Assembly (NCBI GenBank): GCA_044869275.1
Contig: JBIOXB010000213.1
Span: forward strand, 1 to 64,000
DNA from: a bacterium
GTDB lineage: Bacteria; Zhuqueibacterota; Zhuqueibacteria; Zhuqueibacterales; Zhuqueibacteraceae
Length of the DNA: 64,000 nucleotides
Reading direction: 5' to 3'
Below are positions 18,301-26,480 of this stretch, piece by piece. Numbering within the stretch: the stretch's first letter is position 1; each line of letters starts with the position of its first letter. The translations under genes were made by a program, and so were the position numbers. The notes below the pieces were generated by a model, which saw only the letters and a program-made list of their open reading frames with translations, searched no databases and had not been told where the DNA came from.

Positions 18301-19088
18301 CCAGAGGCGCGTTGAACGGCGCGGTGAATCTGGCGCTCGCCGGCAACTACGCCTATGTTCTTTGCGACGCCGGCCTGGTGATCGTGAGCATTGCCGAGCC
18401 GTTAAAGCCCAAGATCGTGGCGAAAGTGGAAACCCCGCTGCTCAAGAAGCCGAAAGCAATTGCGATCCAATTCCGCTATGCCTTTGTGTGCGATATGGAA
18501 GGCTTAAAGGTGATCGAGGTCACTTCTCCGGAAAATCCGCAGTTGGTGAAAGGCAGTTTCGTGCCGTTGAAAGAGGCGTATGACGTCTATGTCGCGCGCA
18601 CGTATGCATATGTCGCCGCGGGCAGGCAAGGCCTGGTGATCATCAACGCCGAAAATCCCGAAGCCCTGCGCCTCGATCAAGTTTATAATTACGGCAAACG
18701 CCTCAACGACGCGCGCGGGGTGAAAGTCGGCGCGGCGTATGCGAGCATCTTTGCGTACGTTGCCGACGGCCGCAACGGCCTGCGCGTGATTCAACTGCTA
18801 TCGCCGGACAATCCCGCGTACCTCGGCTTCAGCCCGCGGCCGCAGCCGCGCTTGATTGCGACCCATCACACCCACGGTCCGGCCCTGGCCGTTTCCAAAG
18901 GCATGGATCGCGACCGCGCTGTTGACGAAAGCGGCAACCAAGTGAGTGTTTTCGGCAGGCTCGGCTCACGGCCTTTCACGCTCGAAGAGCAGCGCCGCCT
19001 GTATCTGCGCGATGGCAAAATCTGGAGGGTCTCGGATGATTTTTGGAAGAAGAAGGAGGCGCCGCCGCAGACGAGCCGGACGGAGTAG
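15399..19088 (+). CDS. Exported multiheme cytochrome c (10 CxxCH) with C-terminal LVIVD-repeat beta-propeller
   Basis: Signal peptide (..TAPLFA-Q); CLTCH, CVDCH, CGACH, CSSCH, CMTCH, CVDCH, CQDCH, CYTCH, CFGCH, CSDCH; repeats YAYV....GL.(I/V)(I/V)(D/N/S). Confidence 0.9.
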   Translation: MKFNINTFLILLFTAPLFAQTDIARQSQAEADRKSKGCLTCHTGIESMHKATSVKLGCVDCHLGNPEGLTREEAHVKPRFPERWPTAANPERTFSLLNDESPDFIQFINPGDLRAAERACGACHAAQVLSVRKSMMTTSTLLWGGAAYNNGILPLKNYVLGESYSREGQPQMINTVPPPTAEEKLKKGVLPFIVPLPRWEITQPGDNFRSFERGGRLPRINPSDIGIPNPLEEPGRPDNKLSDRGLGTQLLISSPVLNLQKTRLNDPHLSFLGTNDHSGDYRSSGCSSCHVVYANDRSPVHSGPYAKYGNRGFTVTEDKNISTKESGHPLLHQFTRAIPTSQCMTCHMHQPNGFINTFLGFQMWDYESDGKWMYPPREVELTSAEKFARLDANPEEAVLRGNWGDPDFLRSVAKLNPKLKNTQFADYHGHGWIFRAVFKKDRKGNLLDKDDKIIPPESRHKFHGVVPLEDGENDICNDNCRDAQKAVHLKDIHAEKGMHCVDCHFEQDNHGNGKLYGEFHNAIEVRCQDCHGNVLQAATLRTSNNAASAGGTNLLETFTPFGERRFVKRGDRIMQRSMVTDTLMWEVPQVVDIVNPESKHYNAKAAAAKLVATGGGEWARPMAAALLAHGDSKMECYTCHTSWVTNCFGCHLPQQANWKKEMNHFEGEESRNWTTYNPQVLRDDGFMLGISGSTKGNKVLPARSSSAIMLSSRNANREQIYNQQAPISAPGYSSQAFNTHMPHTVRATETRTCSDCHLSEKNDNNAWLAQVLLQGTNFVNFIGKYAYVGLGKDGVEAVQVAEGEEPQAVIGSYLHRLAFREDYQKHVRNRKQLETAYHHGGSNIQSLQLRGEYLYTANGEDGLRVYDVANIDNKGFSERIVSAPVSPFGQDTQVDTKFATAVALPTNMPVDTDREYRPENQEQGPLHPLYSYAYVTDKFEGLILVDVMTLVDNNPRNNFLERKLAFNPRGALNGAVNLALAGNYAYVLCDAGLVIVSIAEPLKPKIVAKVETPLLKKPKAIAIQFRYAFVCDMEGLKVIEVTSPENPQLVKGSFVPLKEAYDVYVARTYAYVAAGRQGLVIINAENPEALRLDQVYNYGKRLNDARGVKVGAAYASIFAYVADGRNGLRVIQLLSPDNPAYLGFSPRPQPRLIATHHTHGPALAVSKGMDRDRAVDESGNQVSVFGRLGSRPFTLEEQRRLYLRDGKIWRVSDDFWKKKEAPPQTSRTE

Positions 19089-19870
19089 GGGGGAGTGTAA
19101 ACGAAGATTGAAGATTGAGGATGGAAGATCGTAGAATCGGTTGGCAGACTCGTTCCGGCGATCTTCGCCGGAATGCCTTGGGGGACGCTCTGCGTCCCGT
19201 GTTTGTGTTGGACCAAAAAATGACACAAAACATTCGAGGCAGAGCATCAAAAAGACATTAGCGCGCTGAACGTGGTAACAAGAAGATCCCCGTACGCAAT
19301 TTTCAAAGTCGTCAATGTGGCAAAATTTTCTTGTTAGTTATTTGAACACGGATCGCGAGGATTAAACTGATTGATACGGATATGTGAAGAGCAAATCGGC
19401 TAAAATTTGTTGAATTAGCGTTAGGAAATCAACAATGAACGAAAAAGAAAAACTGGCCGTTCTAAGGAGAGTTTAGCGGAGCGAATACTCCGGAGCAGCG
19501 TACTTCCGTGGTGCCCTCTGCTAGTCTTACAAACCAGACGGTCCCAAAGACCGAGAAAGAGGGTGACATGATGAAAGTAAAAAACAATATGGATGCTTCC
19601 CATTTACACATTAATTGGAAACACCTTTTCCTGACGGTCTTGCACCTTGTGTATTTCTTTTGTCGGCCTCAAGTGACAAATTCATTACAGTAAAGGGCAC
19701 CGCCGCGGCGCTGCCCTAAATTCTATCTTCATTTGGTACGGAAACGCGAAAGGGCGCAAGACTCGAAGTTTTTCGCTCCGTTCGACGTTAATGCGAATAC
19801 GCTAACGCTATACGACTTTGTTAAGTGTTATTCGATTCACTGATTTAGTCTTAAGCTATTTAAGTAGTAT

Positions 19871-20407
19871 ATGAATCTCGCAGAAAAACTTTCAGCAACA
19901 TACCTTCGGCTCAATGGCTTCCTGTTACTTCCTCATTTTACGGTTTTTACTGGGCAGCAACACACCCACCTAGACTTGATTGGCTTACGCGTCGCAAATT
20001 CTAAAGAACTGGTTGGTGATTTTACGCTACCAATAGACAATGAGTTGTTTAGCGTTCTGACCAGGCTTCGTGGTCATGATGCTCTTACGTCCATTATTGG
20101 TGTTGCAGCAGAAGTTCGTACTAACGAATGCAGAGACGCGCCCAGTGATGAGCACATACATTACATACAAAATTTTTTCGGCGGAATTACTGTTTCTCGT
20201 TTGGCGTTTTTCGAAGGAAGCCATACAGTTAGCCAAAACGATAACGTGGTTGATATAGGCGTGCGTTATGCCGGCATATGGATTCAGCGCCGTGTCGATC
20301 AAATGAATAAACTCAGATTGACGAAGACCGGAAGTTGGAACTGGAGCGAATGTTTCCTCAGCGACCTACTTGTGTTACGTGCACTTGATCTTCTTAAGAA
20401 GGAATGA
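19871..20407 (+). CDS. Hypothetical protein, possible PD-(D/E)XK-fold nuclease
   Basis: AT-richer 178-aa ORF; E..SATYLRLNGF...HLDLIGLR...AEVR pattern resembles E..D..ExK, but with R instead of K. Confidence 0.4.
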   Translation: MNLAEKLSATYLRLNGFLLLPHFTVFTGQQHTHLDLIGLRVANSKELVGDFTLPIDNELFSVLTRLRGHDALTSIIGVAAEVRTNECRDAPSDEHIHYIQNFFGGITVSRLAFFEGSHTVSQNDNVVDIGVRYAGIWIQRRVDQMNKLRLTKTGSWNWSECFLSDLLVLRALDLLKKE

Positions 20408-20673
20408 ATCACCTGATATTGTTGGATTTGCACTCAACGGAGAAGCTGCGATTGGTCGAAGATCGCTGGGATGATCTTGCCTCCATTACCGAGGCCGTAC
20501 CTATTCATGAGTGGCAAACACAAGAACTGGCTTGCCGAGGAGCCAACCTCACGAGCAGTCCTGCATCGGCCCATTCCTGTTTGAGGGCTGCAAGAGAAGT
20601 CAAGTGCAGGATTCACAGCCGCGATGGTCAGCAAATTGATGGTCGCTCCAGAAGCAAAGTAGGACAGATGTGA
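20404..20673 (+). pseudogene. Degenerate putative addiction-module antitoxin
   Basis: L.STEKLRLVED.WDDLA....P..EWQ.QEL..R pattern with apparent substitutions at conserved positions and a run-on C-terminus. Confidence 0.65.
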
Positions 20674-20745
20674 AGCTTACAGATGGCGTGAAGATCGGCG
20701 GGAGGGATTAGAAGACGAATTCTCGAGGTGTATTGATGCTTGCTG
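20624..20745 (+). pseudogene. ParE/RelE toxin remnant
   Basis: Manual translation MVSKLMVAPEAK*DRCEAYRWREDRREGLEDEFSRCIDAC; in-frame TAG at 20660 and truncation. Confidence 0.65.
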
Positions 20746-21001
20746 GGAAGATTCTGTATTTCAGAACTGCCTTCCCTCAATTGCATCGCTTATTTACTTT
20801 CAGGTCTCTTTCAGCTCCCCTTACAAATCAACAATCTCTTCAAAGCTCCAATTGCTCCAAATAACTTCGTTCTTGAAGCAGCGTGCAGCCATATGAACAA
20901 AATATGCAGTTGTTATTTTTGCAAATGCTGCGTATCTTAGTTTTGTTTGTACCTAAAATGCTGTTGGAACGGAGAAGATTGTATCCTCACCGGTTTTGAC
21001 A

Positions 21002-21325
21002 ATGAAAAAGTGGGTGGTTCAAGATAGATACGGCAATACAATTTATTTGACCGAAGAGCGTTGGAACCATATTTTGGAATCGCGGCCTGAAATGGAGTTG
21101 CTGCTTGAGCAATTCCTCGAGACAATAGGTACAGGGCGGCGTAGACAAGAGGCATTAATACCGAACGAATATCGCTATTACAAGCAGTTTGACGAGTTGT
21201 TGCCTGCCAACAATCATCTTGTCGCCAAGGTTGTTTTCAAAACTTAATTGGACGAACATGGCGGCTTCATTCCCAATAATTTCGTAGTGACAGGTTGGCT
21301 TAAGCATATCGATCCCAAACGGTGA
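21002..21325 (+). pseudogene. Putative RNase-fold toxin (partner of DUF2283) with premature stop
   Basis: MKKW.VQDRYGNTIYLTEERW.HI...; TAA at 21245, but the frame continues LDEHGGFIPNNFVVTGWLKHIDPKR* and ends 4 bp before the next ATG. Confidence 0.6.
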
Positions 21326-21329
21326 TATT

Positions 21330-21746
21330 ATGAGCGAACTGAAACTGCATCGAAGCGAAGTGTTGTCTGCAAATGGGGAGAAGATACGGCTGGTATATGA
21401 CGAAAATGAGGACTTACTGGATATTTTTTTCGGCGAGAATGAACCAGCAACTGGGGTTGAACTTACGGATCATATTCTTTTGCGGGTCAATCTGCAGACT
21501 GGGCGGGCTGTGAGTTTGACGATCTGTCATTTTTCGATTCTTACCGAGCTAACAGAATATGGGCCGCGTAGTTTTCCGCTCGATAATCTTGATGAACTGC
21601 CGGAGGATCTGCGAGAATTGGCTATTCGGGTAAGCATGAAGGACCCGGTCAACCGATTCTTGAAATTGTCTCATTTTCAAGCATCTCCGACGAAGAGCGT
21701 CCCTCTTACTTATGTCGAGCCGTACCGGTTTGCATCTGCTGCTTGA
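21330..21746 (+). CDS. DUF2283-domain protein (putative antitoxin)
   Basis: YDENEDLLDIFF......GVELTDHILLR....GRAVSLTI. Confidence 0.7.
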   Translation: MSELKLHRSEVLSANGEKIRLVYDENEDLLDIFFGENEPATGVELTDHILLRVNLQTGRAVSLTICHFSILTELTEYGPRSFPLDNLDELPEDLRELAIRVSMKDPVNRFLKLSHFQASPTKSVPLTYVEPYRFASAA

Positions 21747-21822
21747 GGTGAATCCGTCGATACTATGAAGAATTCGCTTGAGAAAAAATAATGAACGATT
21801 TAAACGCCTTCCCGGATGAATT

Positions 21823-22092
21823 CTATAACTTCTTCTCCTCCGTCAAATCTTCAATTCGTATTCCCTTCCCGTTCCGCAAGCTTTGTCGAGCGGAGGCGAC
21901 ACGCTGCAAAAATCTAGGATCGTTCTCAACCCGGTAATCAAACCAATCATCTTCCGTTTTGAAGCCGACCAATACTCCGGCGGGCTTGCCGTGCCGCATG
22001 ATCACAATCTCTTCTTTTGCTGCCAGACGAAGATATTTGGACAATTGGTCTTTAATCTCAGAAAGCGCTATCGTTTTCATGTTTTTCTCCAT
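21823..22092 (-). CDS. Phd/YefM family antitoxin
   Basis: MKTIALSEIKDQLSKYLR.A..EEIVI.RHGKPAGVL; start 22092 or 22080. Confidence 0.9.
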   Translation of the reverse strand: MEKNMKTIALSEIKDQLSKYLRLAAKEEIVIMRHGKPAGVLVGFKTEDDWFDYRVENDPRFLQRVASARQSLRNGKGIRIEDLTEEKKL

Positions 22093-22369
22093 ATCGTTCA
22101 AGCCATTCAGAAGCCCGAGATTTTGGCACAATCGCCAAGATCTCAACCTCCGCCTCTTTGACGTCGTAAAAGACTCGAAAGTCGTTGACGCGCAATCGAT
22201 ATTCCGGGCGGCTGAGGCCGCGCAAGTGTTTTATTCGGCTCCGGCTCGTCTTCTTAGGCTCATGTCGTAAATGAACCTCGAGAGCCTCACGAAGCATTGA
22301 GCGCTCTCCGGCAGCCAGGCGCTTGAGGTCGTCCATGGCTTCAGGCGCCAGAATAATTTCGTAGCGCAT
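22058..22369 (-). CDS. RelE/ParE family toxin
   Basis: MRYEIILAPEA..DL..L...YRLRVNDFRVFYDV....VEILAI; overlaps the antitoxin start. Confidence 0.9.
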   Translation of the reverse strand: MRYEIILAPEAMDDLKRLAAGERSMLREALEVHLRHEPKKTSRSRIKHLRGLSRPEYRLRVNDFRVFYDVKEAEVEILAIVPKSRASEWLERYGEKHENDSAF

Positions 22370-22564
22370 TCTGGCCAGAATATAGCCAGATTTTCTTGAA
22401 CTGCCAACATATTTTTTGTGTTTAAACAGAAATACAAAAGTTGCGGTGCTGACTTTGAATGCAGGGATAAAAAACATGAATTCTACTTCCGTATTTGATC
22501 TGAGCCCTACGGAGTAGCGTATTTTCTTCTCAAGGATATAACGAGCGATGATCCTCCCATCGAC

Positions 22565-23071
22565 TTGCCCCTCGTGGTCGCTGTGGTATCAATCCCCTCC
22601 GCGATAATCATGTTTGTGCTGACCAGCCAGATTGCAATGATCTTTGCTGGCGAGAGAAATTTGCCCGAACATGCCGGAACAAAAGCACAAAACACGCGAA
22701 TGTACTCGCGTCATCGTATTTATACTTTTATGCTCCCTGCACTTGCTCTTCTGGTTTTGATGCTATATAATTGGAGCATACAAGATTTCTTTGCATGTGC
22801 TCTCCTGATACTGTTGACGGGCTTGCGGTTTGCGAGCATACCGTTGCTTTTTTCCATGCACGGAAAAACCCCGCCACCGATGAGAAGCGCTTGTACGTTT
22901 TCTCACTATGCAGTTTTTGTATTTGTTACGTTTGCCCTCGCTTTGTCGGCTTTCCATAGTTACAGCAACGTGGTGTTGGACATTATTGAGAATCCCACCG
23001 CTTCCAACGAAGACTTGAGTGGGTTGAGTGACAATTTTTTTGTGAGGCAAAACAATTGTCCAACGGATTAA
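22565..23071 (+). CDS. Hypothetical membrane protein (possibly degraded)
   Basis: AT-rich ORF with about four hydrophobic segments; weak start. Confidence 0.3.
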   Translation: MPLVVAVVSIPSAIIMFVLTSQIAMIFAGERNLPEHAGTKAQNTRMYSRHRIYTFMLPALALLVLMLYNWSIQDFFACALLILLTGLRFASIPLLFSMHGKTPPPMRSACTFSHYAVFVFVTFALALSAFHSYSNVVLDIIENPTASNEDLSGLSDNFFVRQNNCPTD

Positions 23072-23186
23072 AGAACGACCAACGGATTCAAAATAAAATC
23101 TGCTGGTCGCTTTTCCGCCATTGTGCAAGAAACTCTCAGCATCCTGTTGAGCGTGGGATGTGGAAAAATTCCAGCGATAAGGCTTC

Positions 23187-23642
23187 TTGATTGTGATCCA
23201 CGAGGCCAAAAACTGCTTAACTCTCCGTTATCCGCTTCTGCTTGGAATTCTGAGCTTTCTTTTTTTGCTCAGAGTGTTGGGGCAGATCCTGGTCGCTTTT
23301 TGCGGAGTGACTTTTCTGCCGCCCATGGAGCGTTGGTATTCGGGGCTTCTTTCCTATTCTTTCCTCCTGCCTATCCAGATCCTTTTCATCGCGGTGATGG
23401 CCAAAGTCGTGATTGATCTTTACCGCGGTCATGGCTTTTTCACGCAGCCCAGAGCGCGAGGAGGTATATTTATAAAGTGGTTCAGTTACGTCTATTTTCT
23501 GTCCATGGTCGTGCGTTATGTCATCACCATGGCGCTAACGATCTACGGAGCGGGCCACGATGAGTTTAATGGAGCCGGACGTTGCTCTGACCGATTACGG
23601 TCTTACTATAGAATGCACGGTTCTTGCCATGTTGCTCTATAA
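23187..23642 (+). CDS. Hypothetical membrane protein, probably C-terminally truncated
   Basis: LFLLRVLGQ.LV......LPPMERWYSGLL.Y..LLPIQIL helices; after ITMAL it runs about 80 bp into the next gene with atypical sequence. Confidence 0.5.
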   Translation: MIVIHEAKNCLTLRYPLLLGILSFLFLLRVLGQILVAFCGVTFLPPMERWYSGLLSYSFLLPIQILFIAVMAKVVIDLYRGHGFFTQPRARGGIFIKWFSYVYFLSMVVRYVITMALTIYGAGHDEFNGAGRCSDRLRSYYRMHGSCHVAL

Positions 23643-24216
23643 ACAGGATCGGCGCCGTGATGCCATCCGCTTCTGGTTTATCGTGCTTTTTGCCGCTTTG
23701 GGATTTGGCGCCTTCCTAGGTGGTACCGAGCACGGTTTCATCGAGAATAAAACCTCGAGGATTCACGGGCTCGTGTGGTCGGCCACGCTCATCAGCATCG
23801 GAGTCGCTGCCCTGGCCGCTTGGGCTATTGGCGCCAGATTGCTTTTTTTCGAGCAGGCTGTTCGCTGGATCACCGGCGCTGCCCTTCTCGTCTTCTTGTT
23901 TTACTCGGTGCTAGTCCTATGGCTCATTCGGGAGTTTTGGATTGCGATTGTGTATTACTTGCCGGCCGCCGTCTTTTTGCTTACGGCCTTTCTCGTCGAA
24001 TATAAACGCACACCGCGAGGATATCTTCGTGCCGGAGTTGCGGGTCTTGGGCTTACTTTTGTGGCCGCGATTGTGCAGCAAGCGGGTTTTGGCCTGCATC
24101 CGGAGTACTTCGACCATAATGCACTGTATCATCTGATCCAGGCGATTGGATTTTTCCTCATTTACCGCTGCGCTCATGGTTTGATCGCTACGAAAATCGC
24201 AAATCGGCAATCGTAA
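23560..24216 (+). CDS. Multi-pass membrane protein (DUF6962-like)
   Basis: EPDVALTDY start, GG..HG and FDHNALYHLIQ motifs, about seven hydrophobic segments. Confidence 0.65.
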   Translation: MSLMEPDVALTDYGLTIECTVLAMLLYKQDRRRDAIRFWFIVLFAALGFGAFLGGTEHGFIENKTSRIHGLVWSATLISIGVAALAAWAIGARLLFFEQAVRWITGAALLVFLFYSVLVLWLIREFWIAIVYYLPAAVFLLTAFLVEYKRTPRGYLRAGVAGLGLTFVAAIVQQAGFGLHPEYFDHNALYHLIQAIGFFLIYRCAHGLIATKIANRQS

Positions 24217-24242
24217 ATCAGTTACATAGTCAGGGAGAAAAT

Positions 24243-25739
24243 ATGAAAACGCGTCGTGAGTTTCTCCGCTTGCTCGCAAGTTCTGCAGCCGGGTTCGTGT
24301 TCTTGCCCCATGGGCAGCGGCATTTGCCCGAGGACGATCTCGGTGTACTGGTTAACGATATTCACGCCCAGCTCAATCCGACCCGCGTTCATCGGGTAGC
24401 TTCTATCGATTCCGTCGCGACTTTGCGTGCAGCGCTCAAAAAAGCCCGCGCCGACGGCAAGGCTGTGAGTATTGCCGGCGGGCGCCATTCCATGGGCGGA
24501 CAACAGTTTGGCGCCGGCACGGTGCTGATCGACACGCGACCTATGAACCGAGTCACTGGGCTTGAGCAAGAGCGCGGGATTGTCGAAGTCGAGGCTGGGA
24601 TCCAGTGGCCGGCGCTGGTCGAGGCTTTGATCAGTATGCAAGCAGGCCAGGCGAGGCCATGGGGGATCATTCAGAAGCAAACTGGCGCCGACCGATTGTG
24701 CCTTGGCGGCGCTCTGTCTTCTAATATCCACGGCCGCGGACTTAAATTTCAACCTCTCATCGCCGACATCGAGTCTTTTACCCTGATGAATGCCGAGGGC
24801 GAATTGCAGCATTGCTCCCGTGCCGAGAACGAAGAGTTGTTCCGCCTCGCCATCGGTGGCTATGGCCTCTTCGGGATTATTGTCACTGTAAAACTGCGAC
24901 TCATGCCGCGCACCAAGCTTGAACGTATGGTCGAGCTCATTGAGGTGGACAAGCTCATGCCGGCCCTCGAGCAGCGGATCGCTGCTGGCTACCTCTACGG
25001 CGATTGTCAGTTTTCCATTGAGACATCTTCGGAGGATTTCTTGAAAAAAGGGGTGTTTTCCTGCTATCGGCCGTTACCCGCAGACAGCCCCATGCCTGCT
25101 GAGCAGAAGGAGCTGGCAGAGGCGGACTGGCAGGGGCTGTATTATCTTGCCCACACCGATGCAAGAAGCGCCTTCGAGCGATATTCCTCTTACTATCTTT
25201 CCACCCATGGTCAGAGATACTGGTCGGACACGCACCAGCTTGGTGTTTATGTCGATGAGTATCATAAAAAACTAGACGAAGGTCTGGGATCTGGTGCGAA
25301 GGCTACCGAGATGATCACCGAAGTTTATGTGCCACGTTCCGCCTTGCCGCAATTTATGAACACCGTGCGCGAGGATTTCCGCAAGAACGAGGTGCAGGTG
25401 ATTTACGGCACGATCCGGCTGATCGAGCGCGACTCTGAGTCCTTCCTGGCTTGGGCCAAGGAAGCGTATGCCTGTATCGTGATGAATTTGCACGTTGTTC
25501 ATAGCGAGCAGGGCATTCGCAAGGCGGCGGAGGATTTTCGCCGTCTCATTGCTCACGCGATCAGCTTTGGTGGAAGCTATTTTCTGACCTACCACCGGTG
25601 GGCAAGCCGGGAGCAAGTGCAGATTTGCTATCCGCAGATGATCGACTTTCTAAAACTCAAGAGAAAATATGACCCAAACGAGACCTTTCAAAGCGATTGG
25701 TACCGCCATTATCGGCAGATGTTTGGATTAGACAAATAG
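24243..25739 (+). CDS. FAD-binding oxidoreductase (VAO/FAD_binding_4 type) with Tat-like signal
   Basis: TRREFL; GGRHSMGGQ; GG.LSSNIHGRG; LF.L.IGGYGLFGII; K.KYDP...F.S. Confidence 0.85.
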   Translation: MKTRREFLRLLASSAAGFVFLPHGQRHLPEDDLGVLVNDIHAQLNPTRVHRVASIDSVATLRAALKKARADGKAVSIAGGRHSMGGQQFGAGTVLIDTRPMNRVTGLEQERGIVEVEAGIQWPALVEALISMQAGQARPWGIIQKQTGADRLCLGGALSSNIHGRGLKFQPLIADIESFTLMNAEGELQHCSRAENEELFRLAIGGYGLFGIIVTVKLRLMPRTKLERMVELIEVDKLMPALEQRIAAGYLYGDCQFSIETSSEDFLKKGVFSCYRPLPADSPMPAEQKELAEADWQGLYYLAHTDARSAFERYSSYYLSTHGQRYWSDTHQLGVYVDEYHKKLDEGLGSGAKATEMITEVYVPRSALPQFMNTVREDFRKNEVQVIYGTIRLIERDSESFLAWAKEAYACIVMNLHVVHSEQGIRKAAEDFRRLIAHAISFGGSYFLTYHRWASREQVQICYPQMIDFLKLKRKYDPNETFQSDWYRHYRQMFGLDK

Positions 25740-25836
25740 GAGCATCGTGGTGAAATCTCTGCAAGAAAGCAAAAGCTTTCAGCCCATAACAACTTTGCAC
25801 TATTGTCAACCATTCGCCAACTTGCGGAGATTGAAT

Positions 25837-26357
25837 ATGAAGCCTTCTGTCCACACATATGTTGTTTTTGTGCTCGTTGTTCTCTGCATCGGCTGTCAGA
25901 ATTCTGACGTGTCGACAGAAAAACTTCGGCGCTTCCCGATCGCGAATTTGGAGAATGTGCTAACCCGATCAGGCGTTTCCTTTGATCAAACGGTCTCCAG
26001 CGACGGCAACGGCGCTTTCAAAATCGTTGCTGATCAGCCGACGACGGTACGGCTTTTTGAAGTGCGCGGCCTCGAGGTCGAGAACGCTCGTCTCCTTTAC
26101 CAGGCACGGCTCAGAACCGAAGAGGTCAAGGGTCAAGTCTATCTCGGGATGTGGTGCCAATTTCCCGGGTTAGGCGAGTTCTTTTCGCGAGGTCTGCATG
26201 CCCCGTTGACCGGCACCGTGGAGTGGACGACGCAGGAGATTCCGTTCTTTCTCCAGCGGGCCAGAATCCCGAAGTGGTCAAGCTGAACCTGGTCGTCAAC
26301 GGCCAGGGTACGGCCTGGATTGACGACATCGTATTATCAAAGGGCGCTCTCGAATGA
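25837..26357 (+). pseudogene. Frameshifted hypothetical lipoprotein
   Basis: Lipobox CIGC; frame reads ..EIPFFLQ and continues in another frame as (A)GQNPEVVKLNLVVNGQGTAWIDDIVLSKGALE*; shift near 26256. Confidence 0.65.
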
Positions 26358-26408
26358 AAGTCTGCGGTTAGCCATGGACTTACAGCCAGACGGCGGAAAA
26401 ACGCCATC

Positions 26409-26447
26409 CCCATCTCGTTCCCAAGTTCAACTTGGGAACGAGATGGG
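26409..26447. repeat. REP-like perfect palindrome between convergent genes (possible terminator role)
   Basis: CCCATCTCGTTCCCAAGTT-C-AACTTGGGAACGAGATGGG. Confidence 0.75.
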
Positions 26448-26480
26448 CAAACGAGATGGGGGATGGAACGGGATTGCAGG

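Noticed and set aside
20745..21000. Minus-strand nuclease-like remnant (VKTG..RYAAF..AYFVHM)
   Set aside because: Several stops and too little similarity to call by eye
21245..21247. Programmed read-through or alternative genetic code
   Set aside because: TAA, TAG and TGA all terminate intact genes in this window; nonsense mutation is simpler
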